Origin: an uncultured delta proteobacterium
GTDB lineage: Bacteria > Desulfobacterota > Binatia > UBA9968
Assembly: GCA_963727625.1 (NCBI GenBank)
Contig: CAVSHR010000011.1
Location: 358,894-422,893 of the forward strand
Reading direction: 5' to 3'
Length of the DNA: 64,000 nt
Positions 19,563 to 28,900 of the stretch are shown here, piece after piece. The notes below the pieces were generated by a model, which saw only the letters and a list, made by a program, of their open reading frames with translations, had not been told where the DNA came from and did no database searches. The position numbers and the translations under genes were made by a program. The stretch's first letter is position 1. Every line of letters begins with the position of its first letter.

Positions 19563-20702
19563 TCACGAGTAACTCATCCTGGACGTCACGCCGCGCTTTC
19601 GGCACTCCTCCTCGAACAAAACCCGGATTTCCGGCTGCTCATCCTTGTACTCGATCTGCGGCCTGCGCCATCGCTCCGGATTCTTGCCCGCCGGCATTTG
19701 TCCTTCGCGCAGACCGAAGCGATCATTGCCATAGCGCAGCACGAGATATCGCGCGGCTTCATTGCTGGGATTGAAATGCTGATGACCCGCCTGCCCGTTG
19801 GTCATCAGCGCGCCCCGTTTGAAATTGAACCGCTCGAACGGCACTCCCGGCCCGGGCATGACTCCGGGTTTCCACTGCAGGTCGTAGCCTTCGCCGCTGA
19901 GAAAGAGATAACTGTTCTCGTTGGTGAGACCGGTTCTGTTGCGACCGCCGGTCGCCTGCCCGTCCACAAAGCCGTGCCCCTTCTTGTAAGACGCCGGCGG
20001 AAACTCCGACACGTGGCAAACGAAACGGCCGCCGGCCATCAGCACATGCATATTGGTCCCCGGCCCGCGGTATGCCCAGTTGTCGAGAGCCAACTTGGTC
20101 ACGCTGGGGATGAAGTTCGATTGCAAAAGCCGATCCTCGAGCTTGGTCGCCTTGCGGTTGAAAAACGTCTCGTCGTTGGGATCGAACCGGTCGTTGAACA
20201 TGTTGGCGCAGTTGAAGATGAACTCCGGACTGCCGTAGAGATTGAAGGGCGTCGGCATATTGCTCGCCGCATAGAGCCTGACGGGCTCGGATCCGCTGCC
20301 ATTGTGGATCTCGTGCCACGCATTCAACGGTATGGCGAAGACGGCGTCCTCTTCCCATTCGAAGGTGAGTTTTGGGGTTCCTTCATTCCAGACAACGGTG
20401 GCGCCGCGCCCCTTCACGACGTAAAAGATCTCTTCGTACATATGCTTTTCGGGCTTGAACGTGCCGCCCGGCGGGATCTCGACAATGTAGCGAGTGGTTC
20501 CCTGGTTGTTGACCATGACCTTGTCCGAAGGGTCGTGGGTCATATCGAGCAGCGCGCCCAAGCAACCGGTCCGCTTCCAGGGTTCGAGCTCCACGGTCAA
20601 AACGTCGGGCACAGTGTGGGTGGTAATGATTTTCAGTCCTTCGGCCTGGACCCAAGTCTCAAAGGGCGTCGGTCTCACGTGAGCAAAACTTGTGTAGTCC
20701 AT
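19563..20702 (-). CDS. Bicupin domain protein
   Basis: EKHMYEEIFYV, PLNAWH, YKKGH and HQHFN motifs. Confidence 0.85.
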   Translation of the reverse strand: MDYTSFAHVRPTPFETWVQAEGLKIITTHTVPDVLTVELEPWKRTGCLGALLDMTHDPSDKVMVNNQGTTRYIVEIPPGGTFKPEKHMYEEIFYVVKGRGATVVWNEGTPKLTFEWEEDAVFAIPLNAWHEIHNGSGSEPVRLYAASNMPTPFNLYGSPEFIFNCANMFNDRFDPNDETFFNRKATKLEDRLLQSNFIPSVTKLALDNWAYRGPGTNMHVLMAGGRFVCHVSEFPPASYKKGHGFVDGQATGGRNRTGLTNENSYLFLSGEGYDLQWKPGVMPGPGVPFERFNFKRGALMTNGQAGHQHFNPSNEAARYLVLRYGNDRFGLREGQMPAGKNPERWRRPQIEYKDEQPEIRVLFEEECRKRGVTSRMSYS

Positions 20703-20771
20703 GATTCCTCCATGCTAAGGATTAGCGCGATGCGAATGCCAGTCTGAGGATGGGCTTCAACGAAAATGTTT

Positions 20772-20867
20772 TCAGAAGAATACCGCCGGTTTGGCGGCAC
20801 CGGTATAATCCAATCCGTGAACATCCACTCCCATACCCATTTCTGTAACACACGGTACCAAAGCCAT
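20772..20867 (-). pseudogene. Truncated duplicate of the Lin0512 gene 5' end
   Basis: MALVPCVTEMGMGVDVHGLDYTGAAKPAVFF*; the DNA, including the upstream RBS region, closely matches 18073-18195. Confidence 0.85.
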
Positions 20868-20966
20868 AGCTAGTTACCTCCAACCTATGAGTTCCAGTCG
20901 AACCAGTTCTTGCTGATACCAAATACTCCTTAGATTACACAACCGTCAAGATTGATAACGAAGCCT

Positions 20967-21164
20967 GCTCCAACCGTTACAGATGTTCCAAAAGTTCCAA
21001 TCGGTATTTGATAAGTACCGACAAGCCACAGTACGGCTTGCCTCGAAAACGGCTGGAACGAGTAGAACCTTTGGAGCTGCTGGAACGGTCTTTGTTATTA
21101 AGTTTGAACGTTCGACGTTTTGAGCATTTTGAACGGAGCGCAGCGATTTAACGGTTTGAACGGG
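20967..21164. repeat. 9-bp-period GTTCCA/TGGAAC/TTGAAC repeat cluster, copy 2
   Basis: GTTCCA units facing TGGAAC units, then TTTGAGCAT TTTGAACGG AGCGCAGCG ATTTAACGG TTTGAACGG. Confidence 0.75.
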
Positions 21165-21172
21165 CTCCAGTA

Positions 21173-22279
21173 TTAATCCCTGATGTCCTGCAGAAACCAT
21201 TCGGTTGGAATCTCGCGCCCGAGGCCGGCTCGCTTGGCGAGCTCGTAGACCTTGCCCGCCACCGCGTGGAACTGGGCGCCCTGCAGATTGCCGCGCTCGG
21301 AATAGGTGATCTGATCCGACGAGCTGCGCCCCTTCACCTTGCCGGAAACGAGATCGGCGAGCGTGACGCGCCGGTCGGGCAACGTATTGCCGTGCTTGCG
21401 GCGGTCGCGGCGGCCGTCGCCATGTTTTTCTTGCTGAGGGCGCGCCTCGTAGCCGATATGTTCGGCGTCAGTGGCGAGCTCGGGGTGGCCGGTGGGCGCC
21501 GGCGTGTCGCCGAAGCGCAGGTAGACGTCGACTTTTTTCAGGCTCTCGGCGTCCGGTTTGCCGGTGCCGCCGACGACGACGATGTGGGTGCCTTTTTCGA
21601 GCCATGCGCCGTCGGTCACCTCGACTGCGGAATCGGTGAGAGCCGCCAAGATGTGGGCGCCCTTGTAGACCTCTTCGGGGCGGCTGCAGATTTTTACCTC
21701 AATATTGTATTTCGCCGCCATCTCCTGCGCGAAGCGCTGGCGGCTTTCGCGCGTCGGGCTGAACACCTGCAGCTTCTCGATCTTGCGCACGCGCGTGAAT
21801 GCCTCCATATGCGTGCGCGCCATGCCCCCGGCGCCGAGCATGCCGACCACCTCCGCGTCCTTGTTCGCGAGGTACTTGACACCGATGCCGCCGTCGGCGC
21901 CCACCCGCATGTGCTGCAGGTAGCCGTCGTTGATAAAAGCCAGCGGCTCGGCGTTCTCCACCGAGGTCAACAGGATCAGGCCGCAGTAAAGACCGGGCCG
22001 CATACAGTACTTTTCCTGCGTACGGACCCCGTTGTATTCCTTTTCATAGATGACGTCTGACTTCATGCGGATCGCGAAGTAGCCTGCGGTCGATCCTCCC
22101 TCCATGGTGCCCCACTGGTAGTTCCGGGCCGGATCGCTGGTCGGGATACGGATATCGATGCGCGGTCGGCAGACCGCCTCCTGGGCAGCGAGCTGCAAAT
22201 ACGATTGTTCCAGCGCCGCAAGCGTGTCCTCCATGGTGAGAACCTGTTGGACTTCCTGGTTATTGATGATGAGTGTCAT
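21173..22279 (-). CDS. Ornithine cyclodeaminase/mu-crystallin family protein
   Basis: HMRVGADGG and Rossmann motif GMLGAGGMARTH; likely start MTLIINN. Confidence 0.88.
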   Translation of the reverse strand: MTLIINNQEVQQVLTMEDTLAALEQSYLQLAAQEAVCRPRIDIRIPTSDPARNYQWGTMEGGSTAGYFAIRMKSDVIYEKEYNGVRTQEKYCMRPGLYCGLILLTSVENAEPLAFINDGYLQHMRVGADGGIGVKYLANKDAEVVGMLGAGGMARTHMEAFTRVRKIEKLQVFSPTRESRQRFAQEMAAKYNIEVKICSRPEEVYKGAHILAALTDSAVEVTDGAWLEKGTHIVVVGGTGKPDAESLKKVDVYLRFGDTPAPTGHPELATDAEHIGYEARPQQEKHGDGRRDRRKHGNTLPDRRVTLADLVSGKVKGRSSSDQITYSERGNLQGAQFHAVAGKVYELAKRAGLGREIPTEWFLQDIRD

Positions 22280-22500
22280 AACGTATTTACCTTTCCGGCC
22301 GCGGCAGAAATTTGTCAGCGCGAAGCGCTTCGCTTTCAAAACTGGGAAGCGGCTCTTTTTGCCTCCGTTGAGGCATCGCACATTTATTCGACGATTGCAC
22401 GCATAGTTTGCTATGATCAAGACACCGGATTAGGAAAACGGGCTCACCGTCTCCAGCGAATCACGGCGAACGTCTCGGCGACAAATTCGAGGAGGAGCTT

Positions 22501-23562
22501 ATGGGACAGATACTCGGACTCGGAATCACCCATTACCCTGGCCTGGCGTTTCAAGGAGATATCAGCCGGCGCATCAAGATGTGCCTGGCCGATCCGGCAT
22601 TGCCGGAAAAATTTCGCTCCCTAAACAACTGGCCCGAGCCGATGCGCGCGCAGTGGGGCGCGGCAGAAGGACAAGCGCATGCGCAAGCGCATCGCCAGGC
22701 GATGATCGAGGGCTTTCGGCGGGCGCGCCGGGCGCTGGAGGAGTTCAACCCGGATTTCTGTCTGATCTGAGGCGACGATCAGTTCGAGAACTACCGCGAT
22801 GACTGCGTGCCGCCGTTTTCGATCCTCGCTTATGAAAGCGTCGAGATCCAACCTAGGCTCAGCGATCGACGCGGGGCAAATTCCTGGAACGAGCCCAAAG
22901 ATAAGAGCTTCCTGGGCTCCGGCCACCGCGAGGGCGCCAAATACCTGGCGTCACGCTTATTGAACAAGGGAATCGATATTGCCTATGCGTACAAGCCGCG
23001 CCACGCTGCTCTCGGGCACGCGTTTACCAATTCGATTCTGTTCCTCGACTGGGACCGGCGCGGGTTTTCTTACCCGGTAGTGCCGTTTACGACCAACGCC
23101 TACGGGCGCTACTTGACGGCAAGTGAAGGTGTGCCGCCGACGCCGTCCAAAGCCAAAACCTTTGCGGGCAACGAAGATCCTCCGGGACCGCAGCCGTGGC
23201 GCTGTTTCCAAATCGGCGTCGCCACCGCCCGGGCTCTGGTTGGAAGCCCGTGGAAAGTCGCGTTGATCGCATCGTCGAGTTGGTCGCACTCGTTTTTGAC
23301 CGAAAAGCATGGCCGCATGTATCCGGACGTGGAGTCGGACCGGCGCTTTTTTGAAGCGCTCCGCACAGGCGATTGAGAGACGTGGCGTAATACCGATTTG
23401 GCTCAGGCCGAAGACCGCGGCCATCATGAAATGTTGAACTGGTTTTGTCTCGCGGGCGCGATGGCCGAGCTCAAGCGCAAACCCGACGAGGTAGAATTTT
23501 TAGAGTCGTGGATTACCAACTCGGATAAGGTTTTCGCCGTGTTCCGTCCGCCGCTCGATTGA
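22501..23562 (+). pseudogene. LigB-like extradiol dioxygenase family protein with two in-frame TGA codons
   Basis: LGITHYP, I*GDDQFEN, GHAF, SSSWSHSF and EMLNW motifs; TGA at 22768 and 23374, no frameshift. Confidence 0.8.
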
Positions 23563-23643
23563 GAAGTGTTTAATCCTAGCGCCGCACTTTAATGCTTGAA
23601 TGTCTGAGGGTTCATTCCACTCAGCATGCTGTGTCCGAAGGTC

Positions 23644-23785
23644 GTCATTCCCGCATGCTTTAAGCGGGAATCCAGGTGGGTCCGAACCTGGACCCCCCAT
23701 AACTACATTCGGGGGTGACGGAATTGGGATCGCTCGCATGATGGGCCTTCGATACCCCGCAGCTTGCCGCCGGGGTAGTTTCATT
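23644..23785. repeat. Cluster of REP-like palindromes
   Basis: GTCATTCCCGC-ATGCTTTAA-GCGGGAATCCAG; CTGGACCCCC..GGGGGTGAC; ATACCCCGCAGCTTGCCGCCGGGGTAGT. Confidence 0.7.
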
Positions 23786-23818
23786 TTACCGCTAATCCGA
23801 AGTTCCGCATTTTGCTCC

Positions 23819-23870
23819 GCTGAACGATTTGAACGGAGCAAGGCGGTTGAACTGCTTGAACGATTTGAAC
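23819..23870. repeat. 9-bp-period TTGAAC repeat element, copy 3
   Basis: GCTGAACGA TTTGAACGG AGCAAGGCG GTTGAACTG CTTGAACGA TTTGAAC. Confidence 0.75.
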
Positions 23871-23872
23871 TC

Positions 23873-24292
23873 CTATCCCCCAATGGGTGGCATTTTGGGA
23901 AATTTAGCCAGCGCCGGATTCATGTGATCCCAAGGCTGGGCGCTGGATGTGAAGATGTCCAAGGTCGGCTTGTAGAGGTTCGGGTCATCGAGGCTCCCCG
24001 CCGTGATCATCGCGAGGTCAGGCATGGCACCCGACTTTCCGAACAAACTCGCGCCGCACTCCGGACAAAAACCACGGCTCAACGTATTACCGCTGTCTGA
24101 TTTACAGTCGTAATACTTAACCGCCCCGGTGATCTTTAGCGCCGCAGCCGGCAGTCCGATGTCGGGCTCATACGCACCACCGCTGGTTTTTTGGCAGTCG
24201 CGGCAGTGACAATTACCCATAAAAAACGGCTCGGCGAGACATTCGTAGCGCACTGCACCGCAAAGACAGCCTCCGGTAAAAGTTGTAGCCAT
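23873..24292 (-). CDS. GFA (CENP-V) family protein
   Basis: GGCLCGAVRY, CHCRDCQK and FCPECG motifs. Confidence 0.92.
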   Translation of the reverse strand: MATTFTGGCLCGAVRYECLAEPFFMGNCHCRDCQKTSGGAYEPDIGLPAAALKITGAVKYYDCKSDSGNTLSRGFCPECGASLFGKSGAMPDLAMITAGSLDDPNLYKPTLDIFTSSAQPWDHMNPALAKFPKMPPIGG

Positions 24293-24568
24293 AGTTTTTT
24301 ACTCCTTATTTGTCCGTCAATCTTTAATAAAGCTACTATTACCGCCAACAGATCGAGAAATCGATGGGAGCCGCGCACGACCCGACGATTGGCTCGGCAT
24401 TCAGCGATTCAAACGGAGATTGGAGGAACGAGCTGAGCTTTCACGAGAAGCCGAGCGGACAGAGTGATTTGTTCAGTTATCCCGGCCCGACTCCTCGCTC
24501 TCATATCCGAGCACCAACGCTAGTAGTTGGCTATCAGAGCAGGGCGGTTTCTAACGGGCGTTATTGTC

Positions 24569-25180
24569 CTACTTTGCTGGAAGTACGCGCGCCATTTGCT
24601 CGATGCTGTCGGCCAAAGTCCCTGCAAACCCTGCTGACATACCCATCCCACTCGGCATCATCCCTATAATGCTAACTGCGGCTTTGTCACTTGCGGAAAA
24701 GACTGAGGGGGGCACACCTACAATTGATGCGACAGCTTGTGGGCCAAGGCGCCGGCGCAATTCGTTATCAACGAGGTTGCTGTCCGCCTTCAACTTGCGG
24801 TCAAACTCATCGCTCATTTCTTTCAGAATACGAAAGGATCGCTCAGCTTTGTCTTTGTCATCTTTCGCCCCAGCAACCGCCGAATCCGTTTGATTCCGAA
24901 GCGATACAGCAAACTCTCGTAATGCGGCAGCAGTGCTCATAGCTTTCGCGCGCATTTCGTCATTTGTTAATTCAATAAGGCTGCCTTGACTGGGTTTATC
25001 GATTCCCAGTGCCACGCGATAACGAGCGAGCAGCTCATCCTTCTCAGCAATGTGGCCTTGGTAGTAGAACGAGGCGAGAGACCAGCCTGCGGTAATTCCT
25101 AGTATGAGTAATACGATAAAGACGAGACGTGCGTCCTTGAAACGTGCCCACTCTCGCTGAATGTAGCGGAGCAGTTCCAC
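24569..25180 (-). CDS. Hypothetical membrane-anchored protein
   Basis: 203-aa ORF with an N-terminal TM helix and helical body; visibly lower GC. Confidence 0.65.
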   Translation of the reverse strand: MELLRYIQREWARFKDARLVFIVLLILGITAGWSLASFYYQGHIAEKDELLARYRVALGIDKPSQGSLIELTNDEMRAKAMSTAAALREFAVSLRNQTDSAVAGAKDDKDKAERSFRILKEMSDEFDRKLKADSNLVDNELRRRLGPQAVASIVGVPPSVFSASDKAAVSIIGMMPSGMGMSAGFAGTLADSIEQMARVLPAK

Positions 25181-25235
25181 GGGCTAAACGCTAACTCTGT
25201 TCGCCAAGCCAATTAACCGGTGAAAGAAAAGGGGA

Positions 25236-25436
25236 TTGCGCCAAGTAAGCTTGGGAAAGGAGGAAAAGATGTAGAAAGCATTTCGGAAACCTTTCAGCGA
25301 AACCTTGTCGGTAACCAAGCCGGCCCGGGAAGGCGTAACCCGCACCCGGAAGCGAGTCTTGCGCCGCAAAGGGGTAACCCACGCGGCAAAGCGAAGACAG
25401 CGAGTACCAAGGCCCGGCTATTGAGCTTCGAAAGTC
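25236..25436 (+). mobile_element. Truncated group II intron 5' end (domain I fragment)
   Basis: Begins TTGCG (GUGCG-like) and contains GAAGCGAGTCTTGCG..GCGAAGACAGCGAGT..ATTGAGCTTCGAAAG, typical of domain I; no RT ORF or DV/DVI follows. Confidence 0.6.
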
Positions 25437-25449
25437 ACCCAGAACGGAG

Positions 25450-26199
25450 AAAAGGGAACGCGAACCTTTTCTTGACGGAAATAATCACCCTTTGATATAG
25501 CGTGCCGCGATGCCTCGGCGAGCGCGCATAGCCCCGGGTGAACTGGTTTATCACACGCTCAATCGGGCCAACGGACGAAACGAACTTTTTTCCAAGCCAG
25601 AAGACTATGCAGCGTTTGATCGGATTATGGTCGCGGCGATGCACCGATTTCCAACTCGACTGCTGGCGTATTGCTTGATGCCGACTCACTGGCGCATGGT
25701 TTTTTTGGCCGAGGCAAGATGGCGAGGTGACGGCGTTTTTTCGATGGATGACGCTCACGCATAGCCAACGCTTACACGCGCGTCGTCACACGACGGGTTA
25801 GACATATCTATCAGGGAAGATTCAAAAGCTTTCCGATCGAACAAGATCAATCGTTGCTCAATGTGCTTCGGTACGTGGAGCGCAACGCATTGCGAGCGAA
25901 TCTCGTCGATCAAGCGCAGGACTGGCGCTGGTGTGGCGAAAGCTCAATGGCGATCGCGAGTCGCTCCTGAGCGCTTGGCCGCTAGGCACGCCAAAAATTG
26001 GGTCGATTGGGTGAACGGCGCTCAGACGGAAGCCGAAATAGAGGCGCTACGGAAATGCGTGAACCGCGGTACGCCATATGGTTCGGAGGCTTGGAAGGCG
26101 CGGATTGCAAATGCACTCGGGTTGGAATCAAGTCTTCCTCCACGTGGGAGACCTAAAAAAGCAGTGGCTTGAAGAAAAAAGGTTCGCGTCCCTTTTTTT
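25450..26199 (+). mobile_element. RAYT (Y1 HUH tyrosine transposase) pseudogene flanked by inverted REP-like repeats
   Basis: YHTLNR, YCLMPTHW, YQGRFKSF and RYVERNALRA in different frames; AAAAGGGAACGCGAACCTTTT at 25450 and its inverse at 26177-26196. Confidence 0.8.
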
Positions 26200-26203
26200 C
26201 TTT

Positions 26204-26311
26204 CACCCTCCCAACGTTATCGCCGCGGAAGTCATGGAGAATTTAAAAGTCGTTCTGAAACAATTCCGAGAGATCGCGGTTGAACTGGGGGCGGATATGC
26301 TTTCTAATTAG
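26204..26311 (+). pseudogene. Type I R-M HsdM C-terminal remnant
   Basis: PPNVIAAEVMENLKVVLKQFREIAVEL matches the HsdM tail pattern. Confidence 0.5.
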
Positions 26312-26477
26312 ACCAACTGAATGCCGCGCCACCGCTTAAACTAATTCTCGCTCGTATCGTCCGGCGGCGGTTCCCATGGCGCCGCGGTTCTTAAGCGAAA
26401 GGTCGTCAATTTGTTTTGTACTAGCGGCGATTTGATGCTATGAAAATTTTGAACAAGAACAACACACTTAGCCCGCT

Positions 26478-27269
26478 ATGGCTCCTTATATTCGCGCCGA
26501 AAATATACAGCTGACGTTCAGGCCCAAGAATCGTGATCCGGTAACGGCGCTGAATGGGTTTACGTTCGAAGCTCGGCGAGGAGAGTTTCTCAGCCTGGTT
26601 GGGCCCTCTGGATGCGGTAAGAGCACGTTTCTCAATGTGCTTCTTGGGCTAATCAAGCAGGACGAGGGTGTGCTGGAACTGGATGGGCAGAAGATTACGG
26701 GCCCGGGATTAGAGCGGGCCATGGTATTCCAAGAGTTTGGGCTTTTGCCCTGGCGAACCGTGCTGGCTAATGTGGAGCTCGGGTTGGAACTCAAGGGCGT
26801 GTCCGCGCCGGCGCGGCACGAGCGGGCCACCGAATTGATCAATTTGGTGGGTCTGACAAAATTCGAAAGCCACTATCCCCATGAGTTGTCGGGGGGCATG
26901 AAGCAAAGGGTCGGACTCGCCAGGGCGCTGGCAACCGACCCGGATGTGCTGCTTATGGATGAACCGTTCGCTGCTTTGGACGCCCAGACGAGAGATATCA
27001 TGCAGACGGAACTCCTGGAGATATGGGACCGCACCAAGAAGACTGTTCTGTTCGTCACGCATAGTATCGAGGAAGCGGCCTATCTATCCGATAGGGTCAT
27101 CGTCATGACCGCCAGGCCCGGGAAAACGAAAAGCGTCATCAATATTGATCTATCCCGCCCTAGAGATTACGAAATGAGATTAACCCCGGTGTTTAACGAG
27201 ATTAAGCTCAAGATATGGAACACGCTCAAAGATGAGCTAATCACCCGGGAGAACCTCAGGGGAGGCTGA
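26478..27269 (+). CDS. NitT/TauT ABC transporter ATP-binding protein
   Basis: GPSGCGKST, LSGGMKQR and DEPF motifs. Confidence 0.93.
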   Translation: MAPYIRAENIQLTFRPKNRDPVTALNGFTFEARRGEFLSLVGPSGCGKSTFLNVLLGLIKQDEGVLELDGQKITGPGLERAMVFQEFGLLPWRTVLANVELGLELKGVSAPARHERATELINLVGLTKFESHYPHELSGGMKQRVGLARALATDPDVLLMDEPFAALDAQTRDIMQTELLEIWDRTKKTVLFVTHSIEEAAYLSDRVIVMTARPGKTKSVINIDLSRPRDYEMRLTPVFNEIKLKIWNTLKDELITRENLRGG

Positions 27270-28060
27270 TGGTGAACCTCAAAGACGCTTACCAAGAGTA
27301 TCAGCGATTCATTCTAGGCTCGGCTTCTGTCATTGGCTTTATTCTAGTTTGGCAACTGCTATTGACCTACGTCATACCGTTCAATTCTTTTTTCATCACC
27401 AAGCCTTCCCTGATTGCCGATGCTGCCAAAAGCCTCATGTCCAGTGGCAAGCTGTGGCACGATCTGGGCATAAGCTCTAGAGCCTTCGTCTGGGGCTTCA
27501 GTGCTGCCGTGTTGGTCGGGATTCCCGTCGGAGTGGTTATGGGCTGGAGAAGAAGACTGGAATACGCGCTCGATCCTTTTTTGACAGCTCTCTATGCCAG
27601 CCCCTTGGTAGCTCTGGCGCCACTACTTATTGTTTTTTTTGGCGTAGGTTTAACTGGAAAGGCGGTCTTGGTATTTCTCCTTGCGGTCTTCCCTTTCATC
27701 TTTAACGCCTTCGCGGGCGTCAAGTCCACCGAGCCCCTTTTGATCAGTGTTGTAAGATCATTCGGTGGCAGGGAAAAAGACCTCTATTTCAAAGTTATCC
27801 TGCCTAGCACATTGCCTTATATAGTAGCGGGAGCTCGCATCGCCATCGGACGGGGAATTGTCGGAATCATTGTCGGAGAATTTTACGCGGCTTCCGAGGG
27901 CATTGGCTACTCGATCGCGCTTTACGGAGATACCTATCGCCTGCCGGAGATGTTTGTAGGAATCATCTTGCTCATGGTTCTAGCGGTACTTCTTACCTCG
28001 GGAATGAGGAAACTGGAACTAACCCTCGCCCCTTGGAAAGCCGGTCAGGAGGGAAGATGA
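27269..28060 (+). CDS. NitT/TauT ABC transporter permease
   Basis: TM helices, RSFGG..KVILPSTLPY and GEFY. Confidence 0.9.
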   Translation: MVNLKDAYQEYQRFILGSASVIGFILVWQLLLTYVIPFNSFFITKPSLIADAAKSLMSSGKLWHDLGISSRAFVWGFSAAVLVGIPVGVVMGWRRRLEYALDPFLTALYASPLVALAPLLIVFFGVGLTGKAVLVFLLAVFPFIFNAFAGVKSTEPLLISVVRSFGGREKDLYFKVILPSTLPYIVAGARIAIGRGIVGIIVGEFYAASEGIGYSIALYGDTYRLPEMFVGIILLMVLAVLLTSGMRKLELTLAPWKAGQEGR

Positions 28061-28857
28061 ACGGACTCAAAGGGGTATATCGCGAATATGAGCCTGCAAT
28101 CATCGGGACCGCCTTTATCCTTTTGATTTTGCTGCTTTGGCAATTGACGCCGGTTGTTATGACTTTGTCCAAGGGAATGGCGCTTTTTTTTACCACCCCA
28201 TTGCAAATCGTCCGCACGTTTTTCGTACTCATCGAACAAGGCGAACTCCAGAGGAATTTCTATGTGAGCGCTACTGAATTTATCATCGGTCTTGGATTGT
28301 CCATCGCCGTCGGGTTGCCCCTGGGCATCGTCGTGGGGCGGTCGCGGGTTATGAACGCGCTGTTTGATCCCTTCATCACGGCCTTCAATGCGACGCCAAG
28401 ACTTGTCTTTTTGCCTCTGATCCTGCTTTGGCTGGGAATCGGAATTTGGTCCAAGATTGTAATTGTGTTTTTCGGCGCCCTTTTCCCCTTACTGATAAAT
28501 ACCTACGAGGGAGTCAGAAACGTGGACAGGGTCTTAGTTAATGTGGTGCGGTCTTTCGGTGCGAATGAATGGCAGGTTATGAAATTGGTGGTACTGCCGA
28601 ATTCACTCCCTTACGTGATTACGGGATTGCGACTTGCCATTGGAAGAGCGATTCTCGGGGTCGTCGTCGGCGAGTTTTTCGGCGCCAGTGAGGGGCTGGG
28701 GTTTATGATCGCCATGGCCGCAGGGAATTATTCGGTCGACGTGGTTTTCGTCGGTGTCGCCCTCTTTATGGGCATCTCGCTGATTTTGACGATGTCCGTC
28801 AAAATGATCGAGTCCCGCCTTAGCCGCTGGCGGCCTGAAGAGGTCAAGACCTTCTAG
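28057..28857 (+). CDS. NitT/TauT ABC transporter permease
   Basis: Paralog of the previous gene; ATGA overlap. Confidence 0.9.
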   Translation: MNGLKGVYREYEPAIIGTAFILLILLLWQLTPVVMTLSKGMALFFTTPLQIVRTFFVLIEQGELQRNFYVSATEFIIGLGLSIAVGLPLGIVVGRSRVMNALFDPFITAFNATPRLVFLPLILLWLGIGIWSKIVIVFFGALFPLLINTYEGVRNVDRVLVNVVRSFGANEWQVMKLVVLPNSLPYVITGLRLAIGRAILGVVVGEFFGASEGLGFMIAMAAGNYSVDVVFVGVALFMGISLILTMSVKMIESRLSRWRPEEVKTF

Positions 28858-28900
28858 GCCGAAGAGTTGCCCCTCAAGGCCGCTGCCCGATAGTTTCTCC

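Noticed and set aside
19530-20747. Long antisense ORFs (for example 19530-20747, 21266-22060, 34430-35278, 57790-58569)
   Set aside because: They are shadows of well-supported genes in high-GC DNA and carry no motifs.
17745-23870. TTGAAC repeats as a CRISPR array
   Set aside because: The units are 9 bp and degenerate, with no unique spacers and no cas genes.
23500-24100. ORFs 23500-23883 and 23600-24100
   Set aside because: They are translations of repeat DNA and of the GFA antisense strand.
24540-25200. Integron cassette around the hypothetical gene
   Set aside because: GTTAG-like words are present, but there is no convincing attC palindrome and no integrase.
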